A model generated the notes under the pieces. It did not search any database. It was not told the origin of the DNA and was given only the letters and a program-made list of their open reading frames with translations. From assembly GCF_009914755.1 (NCBI RefSeq), contig NC_060925.1: a stretch of 64,000 bases of DNA, one strand, 5' to 3'. Numbering within the stretch: the first letter of the stretch is position 1; the number at the start of each line of letters is the position of its first letter. Position numbers and translations under genes: made by a program. The DNA comes from the human T2T-CHM13v2.0 reference genome, Homo sapiens. This document shows positions 47,410 through 61,450 of this stretch, one piece after another.

Positions 47410-47924
47410 TGTAATAGGTAGTGTAATGCCCCTCCCCCAAAATGTTTACATCATAATCCCTGGGACCTGTGGGTATGGTAGGTTGCATGGCAAAGGGAAA
47501 TTAACATTGCAGATGGGATGGAGTCTCCTATTCAGCTGACCTTACAATAGGGAAACTATCCTGAATTATCCAAGTGGGCCCAGTGTAATCATAAACATCC
47601 TTAAAGGTAGAAAAGGGAATGAAAAGACAGAACCAGGAAGATGGAAGAGTGCAAAGGAGTAGGCCTGGTGTTGCTGGCTTTGAAGATGGAAGAAGGGGCC
47701 ATGAGCCAAAAAATGTGTGCAGCCTGTAGATGCTGGAAAGGACAAGGAAACAGGTTCTCCCCTAGAGACTCCAGAAAGGAACATAACCCTGCCAACACCT
47801 TGATTTTAGCTCAAGGAGACTCATTTCATTCTTCTGAACTACAGAACTATAAGACAATATACTTGTATTGTTTTAAACCACTAAATTGGTAATCATTTGT
47901 TATAGCAGTCACAGAAACTAACAT
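47410..47924 (+). mobile_element. MaLR LTR MLT1D
   Basis: taatccctgggacctgtg...gctggctttgaagatgga...ttgttatagcagtcacagaaactaa. Confidence 0.88.
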
Positions 47925-48529
47925 ACTGGGAATTGGAGAATGCATATTTTAAAAACATGATGAGTAATGAAAATGGCTATGGCTTTCACACACACATGAG
48001 AAGGTTTTTCAGTTTACAGTTCTATCACCAGTGTAAAAAAAAAAAAAAAAAAAAAAGGTCATTTTCCCTTATCTTCACCAGCTCTGGATTTTATCAATCT
48101 TTCTTAGTAAATTAATGGGTGAAAAATTATTATTACTTTGTTGCTGAAGTTGGGGATCATTTTAGTGTTTACTTCCCTATTTACAAATTGGATGTTTATC
48201 TTTCCTTATTTTTATGCAAGTTTGGTGATCTTTGTTATTGACTTACAGATGCTCTTTAGATAGTATGGCTCTCAGTCCTTTGCCTGATATATATGTTGCA
48301 AATATTTTCTTTCAACCAATCACATCTCTATTAACTCCAATTATGGATCTTTTGTTACACAGACAAACTTCATAACTAGAGTTTTGTGTCTTGGTTAGGA
48401 AGAGAAAGCTAATGTCTTAACTAGAAATGCTGCAGATGCCAGCCTGAGCTGAGTCATAAATAGCTTGAGTGACCTTGGGTAAGCCCAACACTCCTTTGAT
48501 CATTAGTTTTCTTATCAAAATGATTAGCT

Positions 48530-49170
48530 TCCTTATCAAATTTATTCATGCAAAAATTATTTACTTTGAATCCACTTTATGCCATGTCTAGATGTTATAG
48601 AGACAAATGAACACAATATTCAAGGAATATACAGTCTAATGGGAGATATGGACAATTAAACAGCCATAACAATAACCATGAGAATGGAATATGCTGTGAT
48701 GGAGGTTTGCGCAGAATCCCATGAAACCCCATGGAACCCCACATCCAGACCATGAGGTTTTATAGGAGTTGTCCAGGTGAGATAGGGGAATAAGAAGGGC
48801 CCATTGGTCAGAGGGAGTTACAGGAACAGAGACTTGGGGGCAAGAGAGAGGAACTACAACAAGTTCATCCAATAGGGGTGATGATGTTGGTGTGTTATGA
48901 ATCTGGAAAGGTAGGCGGGGACTATTGCAGTGCCTTTCATTCTGTTTGGCCTTTTTCCTGAGGACATTAGGATGCCTTTAAAGTTTGAAGCATGGGAGTG
49001 AGATGTGGACTAGCCTTTAGTAAAGATCACTTTGGCATTTCTGTGAAGAGGATAAAAGAGGGCACAGTCAGAGGCAGGGAGGCCAGCAAGGAGGCTGTTG
49101 TACTGGCCTGGGAAGGAGATGGCCAACACAAATGAAGCAGTGGGGAGGAGACAGACACGTTGGATAGCTT
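48530..49170 (-). mobile_element. L2 fragment
   Basis: acagtctaatgggagat, aagatcactttggc...gaggcagggaggccag. Confidence 0.6.
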
Positions 49171-50569
49171 TGGGAGATTTGTGCCCGTGTTTCCCATCAC
49201 TCATATTTGTTGTGAATCAAAAACAATATGTAGCATTGTTCCACGTGGAAGTTTTTTGTAAACTAAAAAAATTCCACTTCTTAGTGGAATTGTAAGCACT
49301 GTGACAGGTGAGTGGAGATAGTTCTGAATACAGAAGACTTTCCAGGAAGAAGAAATGGTCACTATATTTAAAGTAGAAAATCATTGTGTATTCAAATTGT
49401 ACTTACTTTGTCTTTCATATTTTGGTTTTCTTTATATGGCTGTGAATGTATAACCTAAGCATCAGCTCATCTGCCCTCCCCTTTCCTCCTCCCAACCTCT
49501 TATTCTTTTTGATTACATTCCCATGATATATGTTAGCAAAGACCAGGGCTTATTTTAGTCTTTCCTGAGAGTTCTAACTGCCACTCTGCAATTGGCCACC
49601 AGCTATCTCCCAGCCATTCACTACCCTCACTGCACTTGAGGACAAGTGTCTGCTGCCTCAGCCAAGGAGCCAGTGAAGATGTGAATGGGGAGAAAGAAAA
49701 CTCTCCAATATTTCTCCATCCCTTTATTCTTCATATCAGCACTTATCAAGCTGATATGGGGACTTCATACTTTACTGAAGCACTAAATTAGACAAACGAA
49801 ATTACAATAAAGAAGAGAAAATTATTCAAACAATAGACTCACTGTAATTTTCACCTTGCTCTAAGGGACAAGTGCTTCTTCCCCCCACTCCACACTCATC
49901 CTCAGCTCTGCTTCTATTTTCTGTTCCCAAGTGAGTGGCTGAACAGTACTGGAGAGAAAACATGCCCTTTGTCAGGAGCAAACCTTTTCTCATCACAGTA
50001 TTGTTTCCTCAGCTCTCTGTTTCACTTAGAAATGGAAAAAATATTGAATGCCATTTCCCAGACCCACTGCTGGCTAATAGCTTCAACTGCTAATGTTTTA
50101 TGAAATCTGTCCCAGTTGATGTGGTGCATTAAGCAGAACCCACTGCGTTGACTTTGCTCCTCTCCTCCTCTCTCCCGGTTATTTGGCCTGTGCTGATATG
50201 TGAAGAAGCTCTGCAGGTCCAAAGCTCTGCCTGTGCACAGCAACGGCAATGGGAAATGACTGCCATCTGCATGCTGCCATTTTCCTTTTGGTGCTGACAT
50301 GGATTCTTTGGCAGATCTTCCAAAGAAAGCTGAGTGTGTTGACACTGTGAGTTTGGTTATCACCCACTTTCCTAGGACAAAGGCTCAAGGCAACCCCCAG
50401 TAACATTTGGTTGATATTAATTTCATCTATTTGTATTCCTCGTGGTTAAAGACAGTAACAGCATTGGTGATGTGGCATCAAGATGCACAGTCCTACGAAT
50501 GGGGCATCTGGCCTAAAATGGCAACAGGTAATTGGAGAGGACAGAACTGGAAATCAATTCAGAAAGCTT

Positions 50570-50770
50570 TAATAATAATAATCTTAATACATTTACAGGT
50601 GCTCTCTTATTTGATCCTTAAATGAGGTAGGTATTGTTTTTATCCCTGTTTTAAAGATAAGAACACTGAAGTTCAATGACCAGAAACTTGCCCAAGGTCA
50701 TAAACCTTGGAGGGAGGAGGTATGGATTTAGGTGATTCAAGCCCTAAGAGTTCCAATATCTTATCTGGAT
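50570..50770 (-). mobile_element. MIR
   Basis: gaggtaggtattg...ttttaaagataagaacactgaag...acttgcccaaggtca. Confidence 0.7.
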
Positions 50771-50775
50771 CCTGT

Positions 50776-51269
50776 TGTTAAAGGAAAAAATGTTCGTGAC
50801 ATTTGTTAAGACAGTAAGGCAGATTTTACTCAAGACAAACGTAACAGGTGTAGGGACTACCACAGTGGGGTTTAGCAGTAGGGGAGACAGATTGGGTTCA
50901 ACTCTGAACATAAGAAAAAGGGGGAATTTAGAGTCAAGGGGGTGGAGGCTGTCAGTAGATGGAGAATAACTAAGAGGGTAGGGTGATACTTTGCTAAACT
51001 GTCCTAACAGGATTCTTGTTAGGGGCAGGCAAGCCTTGGTAATCAGATATAACCTGGGGATGATGGGAGTGGTGAAGAATTTGGTCAGATATTGAGGATG
51101 ATCAGATATTGAGGGTGGGAAATCCTGGCCAAACCAACCTGACAAAATTCTTGCTGAAACTGGATGATGCAAGAAAGGACACAGAAGTCCAAAAGTCAAG
51201 GACTACCTTGGAAGAGGATAGTGGTGACAAAGAGTCTCTCCTTGACCAAATTTTAGTCAGGCTCCACCA
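50776..51269 (-). mobile_element. ERV1 solo LTR MER31-like, with its 5' terminus inverted
   Basis: tgttaaaggaaaaaa (antisense 3' end); TSD ctgt at 50772-50775 and 51270-51273; the 5' end tgacaaagagtctctccttgaccaaa lies on the opposite strand. Confidence 0.8.
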
Positions 51270-51292
51270 CTGTGACCCTCTGCCCATAGCTG

Positions 51293-51827
51293 AGGGCTGC
51301 AGCATCCGGGAAAGTAAGGTTCAGTGAGTTTTGAGTTTGGTCGTGAAGAAGGACAGAAACAAGATCTGGCAAACAGAAAGAAGTAACATTTGTTTGGAGA
51401 TGGTGGTGGAATGGGAATGATCCTTTATTAAATCCTGGGCATTAGGTACATCTGATAGGGAGGAACCACTAACACTCAAGATCCTCCTGAGGCAGCAGCT
51501 CCCAAGTCCACCATTTTCCTCTGGGAACTTTTGTGTTTAGTCTGTAATCAGCTGAGCATTAAGGGCAGCATCATCCTGGAAAGTAAGTAAATAGGTTCAG
51601 GTGAGTTTTGAGTTTGTGAAGGACAGAAACAAGATCTGGCAAACAGAAAGAAGTGACATTTGTTTGGGGATGGTGGTGGAAGGGAACGATCCTTTATTAA
51701 ATCCTGGGCATTAGGTGCACCTGATAGGGAGGAGGCAGTAACACTCAAGATCCTACCGAGGCAGAAGCTCCTGAGCACCGTTTTCCTCTGGGAACTTTGG
51801 TATTTAACCTTTAATCAGCTGAGCATT
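51293..51827. repeat. Tandem duplication of ~267 bp (copies 51293-51560 and 51562-51827)
   Basis: Shared blocks, e.g. gaaggacagaaacaagatctggcaaacagaaagaagt, gatcctttattaaatcctgggcattaggt, taatcagctgagcatt. Confidence 0.97.
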
Positions 51828-52540
51828 GTGGATTGCTAGCCTCTACAATCCCTACATGGTTTCCAGTTCTGTTAGGAATTGGGAGCAGAGGAAAGACAGG
51901 TCTGAAATGGGCTGGGTAATGGAAACCTGACTCTTTCTCTTAGAGCTCAAAAGAGTAGCCCATGTCACAAACAGGAGCCTCAGCTGGGCACCGTGGGGCT
52001 ATTTGCAGCCTGACAGCCTCTGCTGAATTATTGATGCCCCTCAGTACCTCGGGACCTCCTCCATGTTAACAAATCACACTGCATATTAAAATTTAAAGAG
52101 GCAAATGAGGGCAATCTCTTTCCCTATTATTTCCCTCTTCTTTTGCCATCTGAGCTCTAAGTTTTAAGTCAATCAGCCTGAAAGGCTTCTCTTAGGAGAT
52201 GGCACAGCTCAGAGAGCCAAGCCTAGGAAAGGAAAACTAGAGGCCATGAGTGGGCCCAGGACTGAGTCCTGAGTCAATTAATGGAGTCTGGGGGCTCTGG
52301 GCCAGGTGAGCACTGACTCTCTGAGTCGTGGAAACACCTGAGAAAAAAAATCTGTTCATTCCCTTCTTACGACAGTTATGCCACTGCCCAGTGTGCCATA
52401 TCTCAAGTGTTTCCCTAAAGCAGAAGATAAAAACTTTTAAGTTGTGGTCCAAATTTGTTGTTGTTGTTTCTTAGTGAAAAGAGTTGCAAAAATTTTAAAA
52501 TCAGAAGGTTTTACCTAAACCTGTTTTTTTTTATATTTGA

Positions 52541-52981
<441 letters not shown>

Positions 52982-53249
52982 TTATTTCTTCCTTTAACAT
53001 AAGATTTTCTGACTTCTCTTCAGCGATCTGAAGACTTGGGCTTTCATCTGCACATTGTACCCCTTACTGGGGATGACAGTGGCTAGTCCTTCAAATGAAG
53101 TATGGCCTCTTAACCATGGTTCTTACCATTTCCCATTAGTGGTTGAATTTGCAACCCCTGATCTCAAGAAAGATGGCAAACAAGTTTTTCTATGTGCCAA
53201 CTCAGGTCTATTAGCAAGACTGCCTGTAGCACCAAAATGAATCTGAGGT

Positions 53250-53634
53250 CAGCTGTGGTAGATTGCTGTGTACTTTGCAATTGTGCACCCCCCCTTCCCT
53301 CTAAGAGGATTGCATGTCTCTGACCTTTGCCATGTGACCATGTGCAGATCATTCAAGCAGAAGTTTTTAAGAGGCATCATAAGTTGTCGCCACCTCTCTG
53401 GCGCTTTCACATTCTGCTGTGGGAATAGCACACCCTATGATCCTTCAGCCTGGATCCCAGAAGGAAAAGGACACATGGAGCTAGTAGCTGATTTACAGCT
53501 TGGAGCTGAGCCACAGTCTGGAGCAGTGCTTCAGCCAACCCACAGCTTTCAGTAACATGAGTGAATAGCAAATGTTGCTGTAAGCCACAGAGAATTGGAG
53601 GTTATTCATTACCACAGTAAAGCTGACCAATACA
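53250..53634 (+). mobile_element. MaLR LTR (MLT1I/J-like)
   Basis: tgtggtagattg...gccatgtgac...tcagcctggatccc...aagctgaccaataca. Confidence 0.75.
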
Positions 53635-54581
53635 GCAAGACTAGTCTTTATAGAAAAGAATACTGAGGTTTTTTTTTTTAAAGCAGCATTTTTCTATTTT
53701 CTGAGAAGAAAAAATTAGGTAGCATTAGGAAATTCCTGAATATTAATTTTAATTTCCTTCAATTTAAAAATATAACTTCCAGGATTCTGAAAAAATCATG
53801 GCATTGGCAGTAAAATAACTGAGTTGGATTCCTGAATCCACACTTATGACCATGTTATAAAATATTGAATGACGTTCCTTTTATTAAAGATAATTATCTT
53901 TTTTTAAAAAAACTTCTTGTGTATATTGAAGTTGTAGTATCTGTCAATTTCATTTCTAACAGTGAGCAGAGAATATAGATATTGTTATACAAAGGGAGTC
54001 TGGCATCTGATAGGGTTTTACCCACTACCTTATTGTGAGGATCAAATGACCTTGATTGAAAATGCTCTGTCAGCCTTACGTGATTACTAGTGATTTCTAG
54101 TTTTTGCTAGTTTCGTAAAAAACGGCATCTCTTTCTCACTTTCTCCATTAGGAGGCAGGTTAGGCATGACTATCACCATCTGACAGATGCAAAGGCAGAT
54201 GAGGTGGCAAACGGGTCAGGGCCGGAGGGGATTTGCCAGCTAGTTAAGGGCAGAACTGAGAGGCAGTCAGTTTATCACGGAGTCTCCTGACCACCAGTAA
54301 TCTGTCCACTGCCTTACTCAAAAGGGGGCCAAACCAGGCCTTATGAGCAATTTTGCTAATACACAGATTTCCAGTCTAATGCTATCAGTTATCATGAGGC
54401 ATGTGCTGGTTTCTTGGAAGCAGTCAAATCTAATTAACCTCAATATCTACTTTCATGTTTACCTTTTACATCCTTTGGCCTCTGGCATTGCTTTAATTTA
54501 CATTTTTCAGTTTGTAATGTCAATGTTCATCAGCCCCTTTCAATCCTTGATTAACCATTTTGTGGTAGGCATGCTAGTTAT

Positions 54582-54840
54582 TCTTTTCTTTGTTAGAGAC
54601 AAGGTCTTGCTCTGTCACCCAGGCTGGAGTGAAGTGGTGCCATTGTAGCTCACTGTAGCCTCGACCTCCTGGGGTCAAGCAATCCTCCCACCTCAGCCTC
54701 CTGAATAGCTGGGACTACAGGTGCAAGCCACCATACTCAGCTAATTTTTAAACTTTTTGTGAAGGTGGGGTCTCCCTTTGTTGCCTGGGCTGGTCTTGAA
54801 CTCCTGGCTTCAAGTGATCCTCCTGCCTCAGCCTCCCAAA
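54582..54840 (-). mobile_element. AluJ (5' truncated)
   Basis: Antisense Alu ending at cagcctcccaaag. Confidence 0.9.
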
Positions 54841-55411
54841 GGTAGTTTATTCCTAAGTAAGAAAAAGGTTTAATTTGCACATGGATAATACTAGTATGCA
54901 TATTAGTATTATCTATATACAAATTATGAACTATGTTCATATTAGAGAACATTTATGGTATACAAAGTTAAACTCCCAGAGTTGGGATTTTTATACTTCG
55001 GCATCATTCACTAATTTTGGACTCTCTAGTCTGATACAACTTCAGGTCATCCTTTTGGGCTTCAAAGGAATTTTTATCCATCTAAAAGGCATCTCCACCT
55101 CAATGTCCCATAAACAATCAGACAGCTTTGAAGGAGAATTACCTAAACTAAGTGCCTGCTAGCTGATACATCCCCTTTTAGGAGATGTTGATGTGGGGCA
55201 AAAGCTGGGTCACTGGTTAGAAATCTGCTGCTGCTGCAAATACACAATGGAATCCTCCAGAATTTGGGGATGCCATGTCAGTTGCTCAGTATCTGAGGGC
55301 AGGCAAGCTATGTGGAACGGTCTTTGCTTTGGAACCCCACTATACATTTATCATTTTCATTTCCTGTGTTCTCTGCTGAACTCAAACTCCTTTTTTGAAA
55401 GTAGGCTTATG

Positions 55412-55522
55412 CCAAGAGGTCAAGGCTGCAGTAAGCCATGATGGCACCAGTGCACTCTAGCCTGGGTGATGGAGTGAGACCCTATTAAAAAAAGAAAGAA
55501 AGAAAGAAAGAAGAGAAAAAGA
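55412..55522 (+). mobile_element. Severely 5'-truncated Alu with (GAAA)n tail
   Basis: TSD gtaggcttatg at 55401-55411 and 55527-55537. Confidence 0.85.
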
Positions 55523-55587
55523 GAACGTAGGCTTATGATGGGGCTCCATTGGAGAGTAGACATCTTTTCCATTGACTTAAAACTTTC

Positions 55588-55612
55588 TGTGTGTGTGTGT
55601 GTGTGTGTGTGT
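55588..55612. repeat. (TG)n microsatellite
   Basis: Directly visible. Confidence 0.95.
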
Positions 55613-56189
55613 TTAAAGAGAGTCTACTGATGCAGAATGAAGAAAGCTAGAGACCACCAGGTCATGGAGAAACTTCCTAGGGGTGGAGAAGAGCTCAGAA
55701 GAACCTTTTGGGGTAGAAGCTGTGAGGCCAGATGTTATCCAGTTTGCCAAGAAACCCTCACCTAGAGGCACCAAATTATTGCCCCCAGCTTTGGCTTGTA
55801 ATTTTTGCAACCTCCCTAATGTTAAGGTTTCAAGACCTGCAGTAAATTTTTCTCAGGGGTGGAACATGACGACAAGGGGTTCCTCAAAGCCCTCCCTGCC
55901 ACCAAGCAACTATCACCTAGCTCTCCACTTCTCTTCCCCTTCATTGGCATCGCCTATCTCCTACTCACAAGGGAGGGAGCTCCCTGTGGAAGGGGCTCTG
56001 ACCCCACACACCCTCCTGCCACGGCATTTCTAGTCACCCTATCCCAAGAAGCTTTGCAAACTTAATGCAAGATGGACCAAGGCTGGGCTGCCCTGCATGT
56101 CAAGTGTGCTCAGCAAGCATGTCCCACCTCATCCCCTTGCCCCACCCGCATGGCAAAAATAATTAAAACACCGCTTCTACTATTTCCCA

Positions 56190-56390
56190 GATAACTTGGC
56201 ATTTGTCAAGGGATTTCATGCACGTGACCTCATTTATTTTTACCTCAGCAGCTTTTGAAGCAGGGACCATGACTGCCATCTTAGGAATGAGGAAGCAAAA
56301 CCTCCCACAGCTTTCAGGACTTGCCTGAGGCCTCCCTGCTGGGAAAGGGCAGAGCTAGGACTTAAGTCTGGCCTTTCACTTTCAGGCCCA
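56190..56390 (-). mobile_element. MIR
   Basis: ccatcttaggaatgaggaagc...gacttgcctgagg...gcagagctaggacttaag. Confidence 0.6.
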
Positions 56391-56773
56391 TCTTCCCTTC
56401 CCTAGTTGGCCTCCTTGGGTCTATGAGGTTGAGTCTCCCCCGTGTTTCCCCCAGTTCTCATTTCCCTCCTCCCAGTTGGCTCCACACCAGCCTCCCACCA
56501 CAGAGTAGCTTCAGACACACTAGGAGTCCTTCCACAGCCGTATTCCTTTTTCGCCCTAGTCTCCTACAAAGTATATATTTTAAAGCTTCTGTTTATTTGA
56601 CAGTCTCCCCTGATGGAGGGTAGAGGAGGTGATGGCTTTCTCTCTTCCTCAGTCCCTCAGCAAACATACTATAATTGTGTGACTTCCCTTCCCTAAGATT
56701 TTGCAATGACTCCTTACAACCAATCTCATAAAACCAGAGTCATTAATCCATCATGGAAGCAACTCCCTTCTAA

Positions 56774-56776
<3 letters not shown>

Positions 56777-56809
<33 letters not shown>

Positions 56810-57090
56810 GAGATGCATTCTCACTCTGTCGCCCAGGCTGGAGTGCAGTGGTGCGATCTCGGCTGCTTGCAACCTCTGCCTCCTTGGTTGAAGTGATTCT
56901 CCTGCCTCAGCCTCCCGAGTAGCTGGGATTACAGGCACATGCCACCACGCCCAGCTAATTTTTTGTATTTTTAGTAGAGACAGGGTTTCACCATGTTAGC
57001 CAGGATGGTCTCGATCTCCTGACCTCGTGATCCACCTGCTTCGGCCTCCCAAAGTGCTGGGATTACAGGCGTGAGCCACCGTGCCCAGCC
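56777..57090 (-). mobile_element. AluS (Sc-like)
   Basis: TSD ccttctaactt. Confidence 0.95.
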
Positions 57091-57526
57091 CCTTCTAACT
57101 TATTTCTATTCTTACCTCTCTTCTTTACGAACTCTGTGTTCTGGTTGTTTCTTTGGTCTGTGTCTCCCACTTTCCGCTCTGAATTCTCATTCTTCGAGGC
57201 TTAAAGGCCCTTCCTTCCACAGGTGCTGCCCCTGCCCCCCTCCCCTCCTCAGGCCCAGAGCACTTGGTTTGCGCCGCCTATCAGACATCTCACTCTGGCT
57301 TGTATGGTTAGATTTTACGCATGTGTATGTGTGGGTGTGATCCCCACCACTAGTGAGAAAAGTCTTTGAGGGAAAGGATCCCCTCTCGTACGTCCCCTCC
57401 TGCTAGAGGAAGGTAAAGGCATAGGGAACCACATGGCTTGGAGAAGGAATGCAGAGAAGCTGAGAATAAGGCACAGGTGCATAAACTTGCACAATAATTA
57501 CTTCATTAATATCAAAACCAGTGTGA

Positions 57527-58038
<512 letters not shown>

Positions 58039-59319
58039 TCTCTTGCTATATTTCTCCAGTCCCTGTAGCTGTGCAGGAGGAGCCACGACCACTCGGGAAC
58101 CCTCGTCTAATCCGACCTCCCATCCTCACTTTCCTCTAATGGCTTTAGGGGTGCTGACATAACAGTACCTCGCATTAGCCTTCATGTCTGTTACCCCATT
58201 TTATGCTAGCCATTCCTACCTTAGACATGAAGGACTGACATGGAGAAATTACATGATTTGCCATAGCTGTTTTGCAATACAAGAGAGTAAAGAGAAAAGC
58301 AGGAAAATATCAAGCTCTCAGCACATAAGCTGCCCTTGAAGAAGTCCACAGTAAATGTACCTTATTTTGTGACCATTTCCCACTGACCCCCCTCAGTTCC
58401 TCACCCCCAGCCTGCAGAAAAATGAGGTTTCCCCCTATCCCTAGCAGGGCAAGAGCCCACTAACAGGCTTGCGCTCTTTCTTCCAGACCAGAGCAATTCC
58501 TTTCCCTTAGTGAAGCCCTCTGGGGGCCTTCTATCACAGGTACAAGAACTGAAACATCCAGGCTGTCTGGAATGACTTGCTCAAAGTCACTGAACACATT
58601 GGTGGCCCAGTTAAGATTTATACTGAAAGCTGCTAATGACAGTATCTGTCCTCCAACCACCAGTCTGGGCCGATGGGTATCTGTTTATAACATGCTTTTC
58701 TCTGGCTCCCTTGACAGCCCCTAACCAATGTTTTCTTATCTAATTACATTCCATGTAATCTGCTCCTGCAGATTTGCCCTCATTGTTGCCAGCATTTACA
58801 GCCTTTTCCACACATTTCCTAGAAAATGCTCATGTCCTGACGTTAGGTAAATATTGTCATAGGTAGGAGAGCTCTCTGGTGTGTTGATCTATACTCCCGT
58901 ACCACTACTAATTCTTCAAAAGGAAGCTTCCCAGAAGCCACAAGCTGAAGAAGCCACTTCATCTTTAGAATTGGTTTTCACTTGCTCAGTGCCATGGAGT
59001 GTTCAGTGAGACCAGGATGTCACTGCAGCCTCGTGGTTGTGTATTCCAGGTGCCTGGCCTGGACGGGCATAGGAGCAAGAGCTAGTGGGCAGTTGTCGGG
59101 GTGGGAGTGGAAGAAGGAGTTTTCATACAGGGAAGGTCAAGGGACGTAAGTTCTATTCTGCAGTGAACATTGTATAGGGTATTAGACAAAGCGTGTACCT
59201 TGTCTGTGTTTTAGTTTCTTCTTTGGTATAATGAAGAGGATAATGACTTTAAATTGCTTGCCTTGTCAGTAAGAACAAAATATATTTTTAAGGTTTTGGA
59301 TGTCCAGGTAAGTGCTGGC

Positions 59320-59505
59320 ATATGATTAGAATGGATTTAAGCCTTTGCGCTCTGGCTATGCCTCTTAATCCTGAGATCTTGGCCAAATTACCTGAGTCCA
59401 TCAATCCCCAGTTCCTTCAACCAGAACAAGGGGAATAAAAACTAGTACCTACCTCATAGCATTGTTGTGAGGTTTAAATGAGTCACTGTTTATAAAGCAC
59501 TTAAT
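59320..59505 (+). mobile_element. MIR
   Basis: tcttggccaaattacc...gtacctacctcatagcattgttgtgaggtttaaatgag. Confidence 0.75.
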
Positions 59506-59599
59506 GTATGCCTGCATTTCTCTAGTGCCTCAGTACAGTCCTCACAGTCGGAGCAAAGATGACCCAGCTTAAATGTCTAGGGTTTTGAGTCTAGTGTAT

Positions 59600-61450
59600 T
59601 GATTTCCTCATGGCATTAGACAAGCTGATCTAAAATTTTATATGGAAGAGCAATGGACAAAGGCAGTGTTGGAAAAGAACAAAGTGGAGACTTACCTCAC
59701 CAGGCATCAAGACTTTTTATAGTGTTTGTATTAGGGTTCTCCAGAGAAACAGAACCAAGAAGATATATCAAGATATATGGAAAGGGATTTATTATGAGGA
59801 ATTGGCTTATGGGGTTATGAAGGCTGAGAAGTCCCATAATCTACTGCCCACAAGCTGGGGGCCCAGGAAAGCTGGTGGTGTAGTTCCAGTCCAAATCTGA
59901 AGGCCTGAGACCTGGGAGTGCAGATGTCCAAGGGCAGGAGAAGATGGAGGTGCCAGCTCAGCAGAGAAAATTTGTCCTCCTCTGTGTTTTTGGTCTATTC
60001 AGACCCTCAACAGATTGGATGAGGCCCCCTGACATTGATGAGGACAATCTTGTTTACTTGGTCTACTGATTTAAATGTTAATCTCTTCAGAAAACCTTCC
60101 CAGGCACACTCCGAAATAATGTTTTACCACCTATCTGGCCATCCCTTAGCCCAGTCAAGGTGATTCATAAAGTTAACCATCACAGAGTTTCAGCAATCAA
60201 GGCAGATGGTACCAATGTAGGAATAGAAAAATAGACAAATAGACTTGGTTATCCATATGGAGAAGAATTGAAACACATTATACACACACACAAAATCAAA
60301 TCCAGGTGTATCAAAATTAATACACTATGTGAAAAGCAAAAATATACTTTAGAAAAAAATATAGGAAAGCATCTTGGACTTAAGGGCTAGGAAAAGAGTC
60401 CTTAGATAACACACAAAAAACAAAAACCATAAAGGAAAATTGTGACAAATCTGATTGCATGAAAGTTATGTTTAAAATTTCCTTTTAATGAAAGATACCA
60501 TAAACAAAAATTAAAGGTAAGCCCAAGACCAGGAGAAAGGATAAGAAATACAAATATTTGATAAAGTCCTAGAACCTGGATTTTAAAAAGAGCAACTCAA
60601 TAATGAAAAAAAAGAAGCTGGCAAAACATAGGTTAATGTTTAATAGTTGTTAATTGTCAATAAATACATGAAAAGATGCTCAAGGTCCCCAGTAACTAAT
60701 AAACTACAACTACAACCACAATAAGACACCATTGCTCACTCATCAAGTTAACTGAGAATTGAAAAGTATAAGCAAGAGTCTAGATAGGTGAGAATTCTTC
60801 CACATTACTTTGAACTTAGTTATAATCACTTTGAGCTAGAGGCTCCACCTCTGGGCATATAATCTCATGAAACTCTGTCACATCTGCAGAGAAGGTGTAT
60901 AGAAGAATGTTGACTACAGCATTATTAGCAATAGAACAAAATAAGAGGAAACGAACTGACCATCAACAGTAGATAAATAAGCTGTGCTATAGCCATATAA
61001 GTATAATGAAATTTTGTGTAAGAACTGAAATGAATGAACTAGGATTACATGTATCATTAACATGGGTAAATCTCAAAAATAATGAATTTTAAAAAACCAA
61101 ATTACAGAAAAATAGGTACAATAGGACACCTTTTGTATAAAGTTTGAAAGCATATAAAACAGCCTATTTGTTATTTATGGATTCACACATAAGACACATA
61201 TGTGAAGAGTAGTATAAAGCATGAATAGGAATGGTAAACATGAAATTTAACATGATGGTTACCTGTAGGGTGGCTTAGAGGAGGAGCACGTAGGAGGCTT
61301 CAATTACTTTATAGTGTTTTATTATTTTACAAAATCTAAAGCAAATATGTCAAAATGTTAAGATTCAATAAAGTTAGATGGTGGGCAGACAAGTGTTTAA
61401 TTATGTTATTTTCTCTCACGCTGTACGTATTTACAGAATTTTGTAATCCA
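59600..61450 (+). mobile_element. L1ME-like ORF2 3' region and 3' UTR, interrupted by MLT2
   Basis: gacaagctgatctaaaatttatatgg, aaatacatgaaaagatgctca, atgggtaaatctcaaaa. Confidence 0.75.
59727..60184 (-). mobile_element. ERVL LTR MLT2B/C
   Basis: tgtattagggttctccagagaaacagaacc...cataaagttaaccatcaca; TSD g(t/a)gtt. Confidence 0.9.

Larger units (their letters stand above)
46380..48400 (-). mobile_element. Old L1ME-like fragments hosting MLT2 and MLT1D
   Basis: ggaattgctggg, tatatgttgcaaatattttc antisense L1 motifs. Confidence 0.55.

Noticed and set aside
50744-51199. Longest ORF in the window (151 aa)
   Set aside because: Lies almost entirely within the MER31-like LTR; no recognisable domain.
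51293-51827. CRISPR-like or satellite array
   Set aside because: Only two long units with no spacers; eukaryotic tandem duplication.
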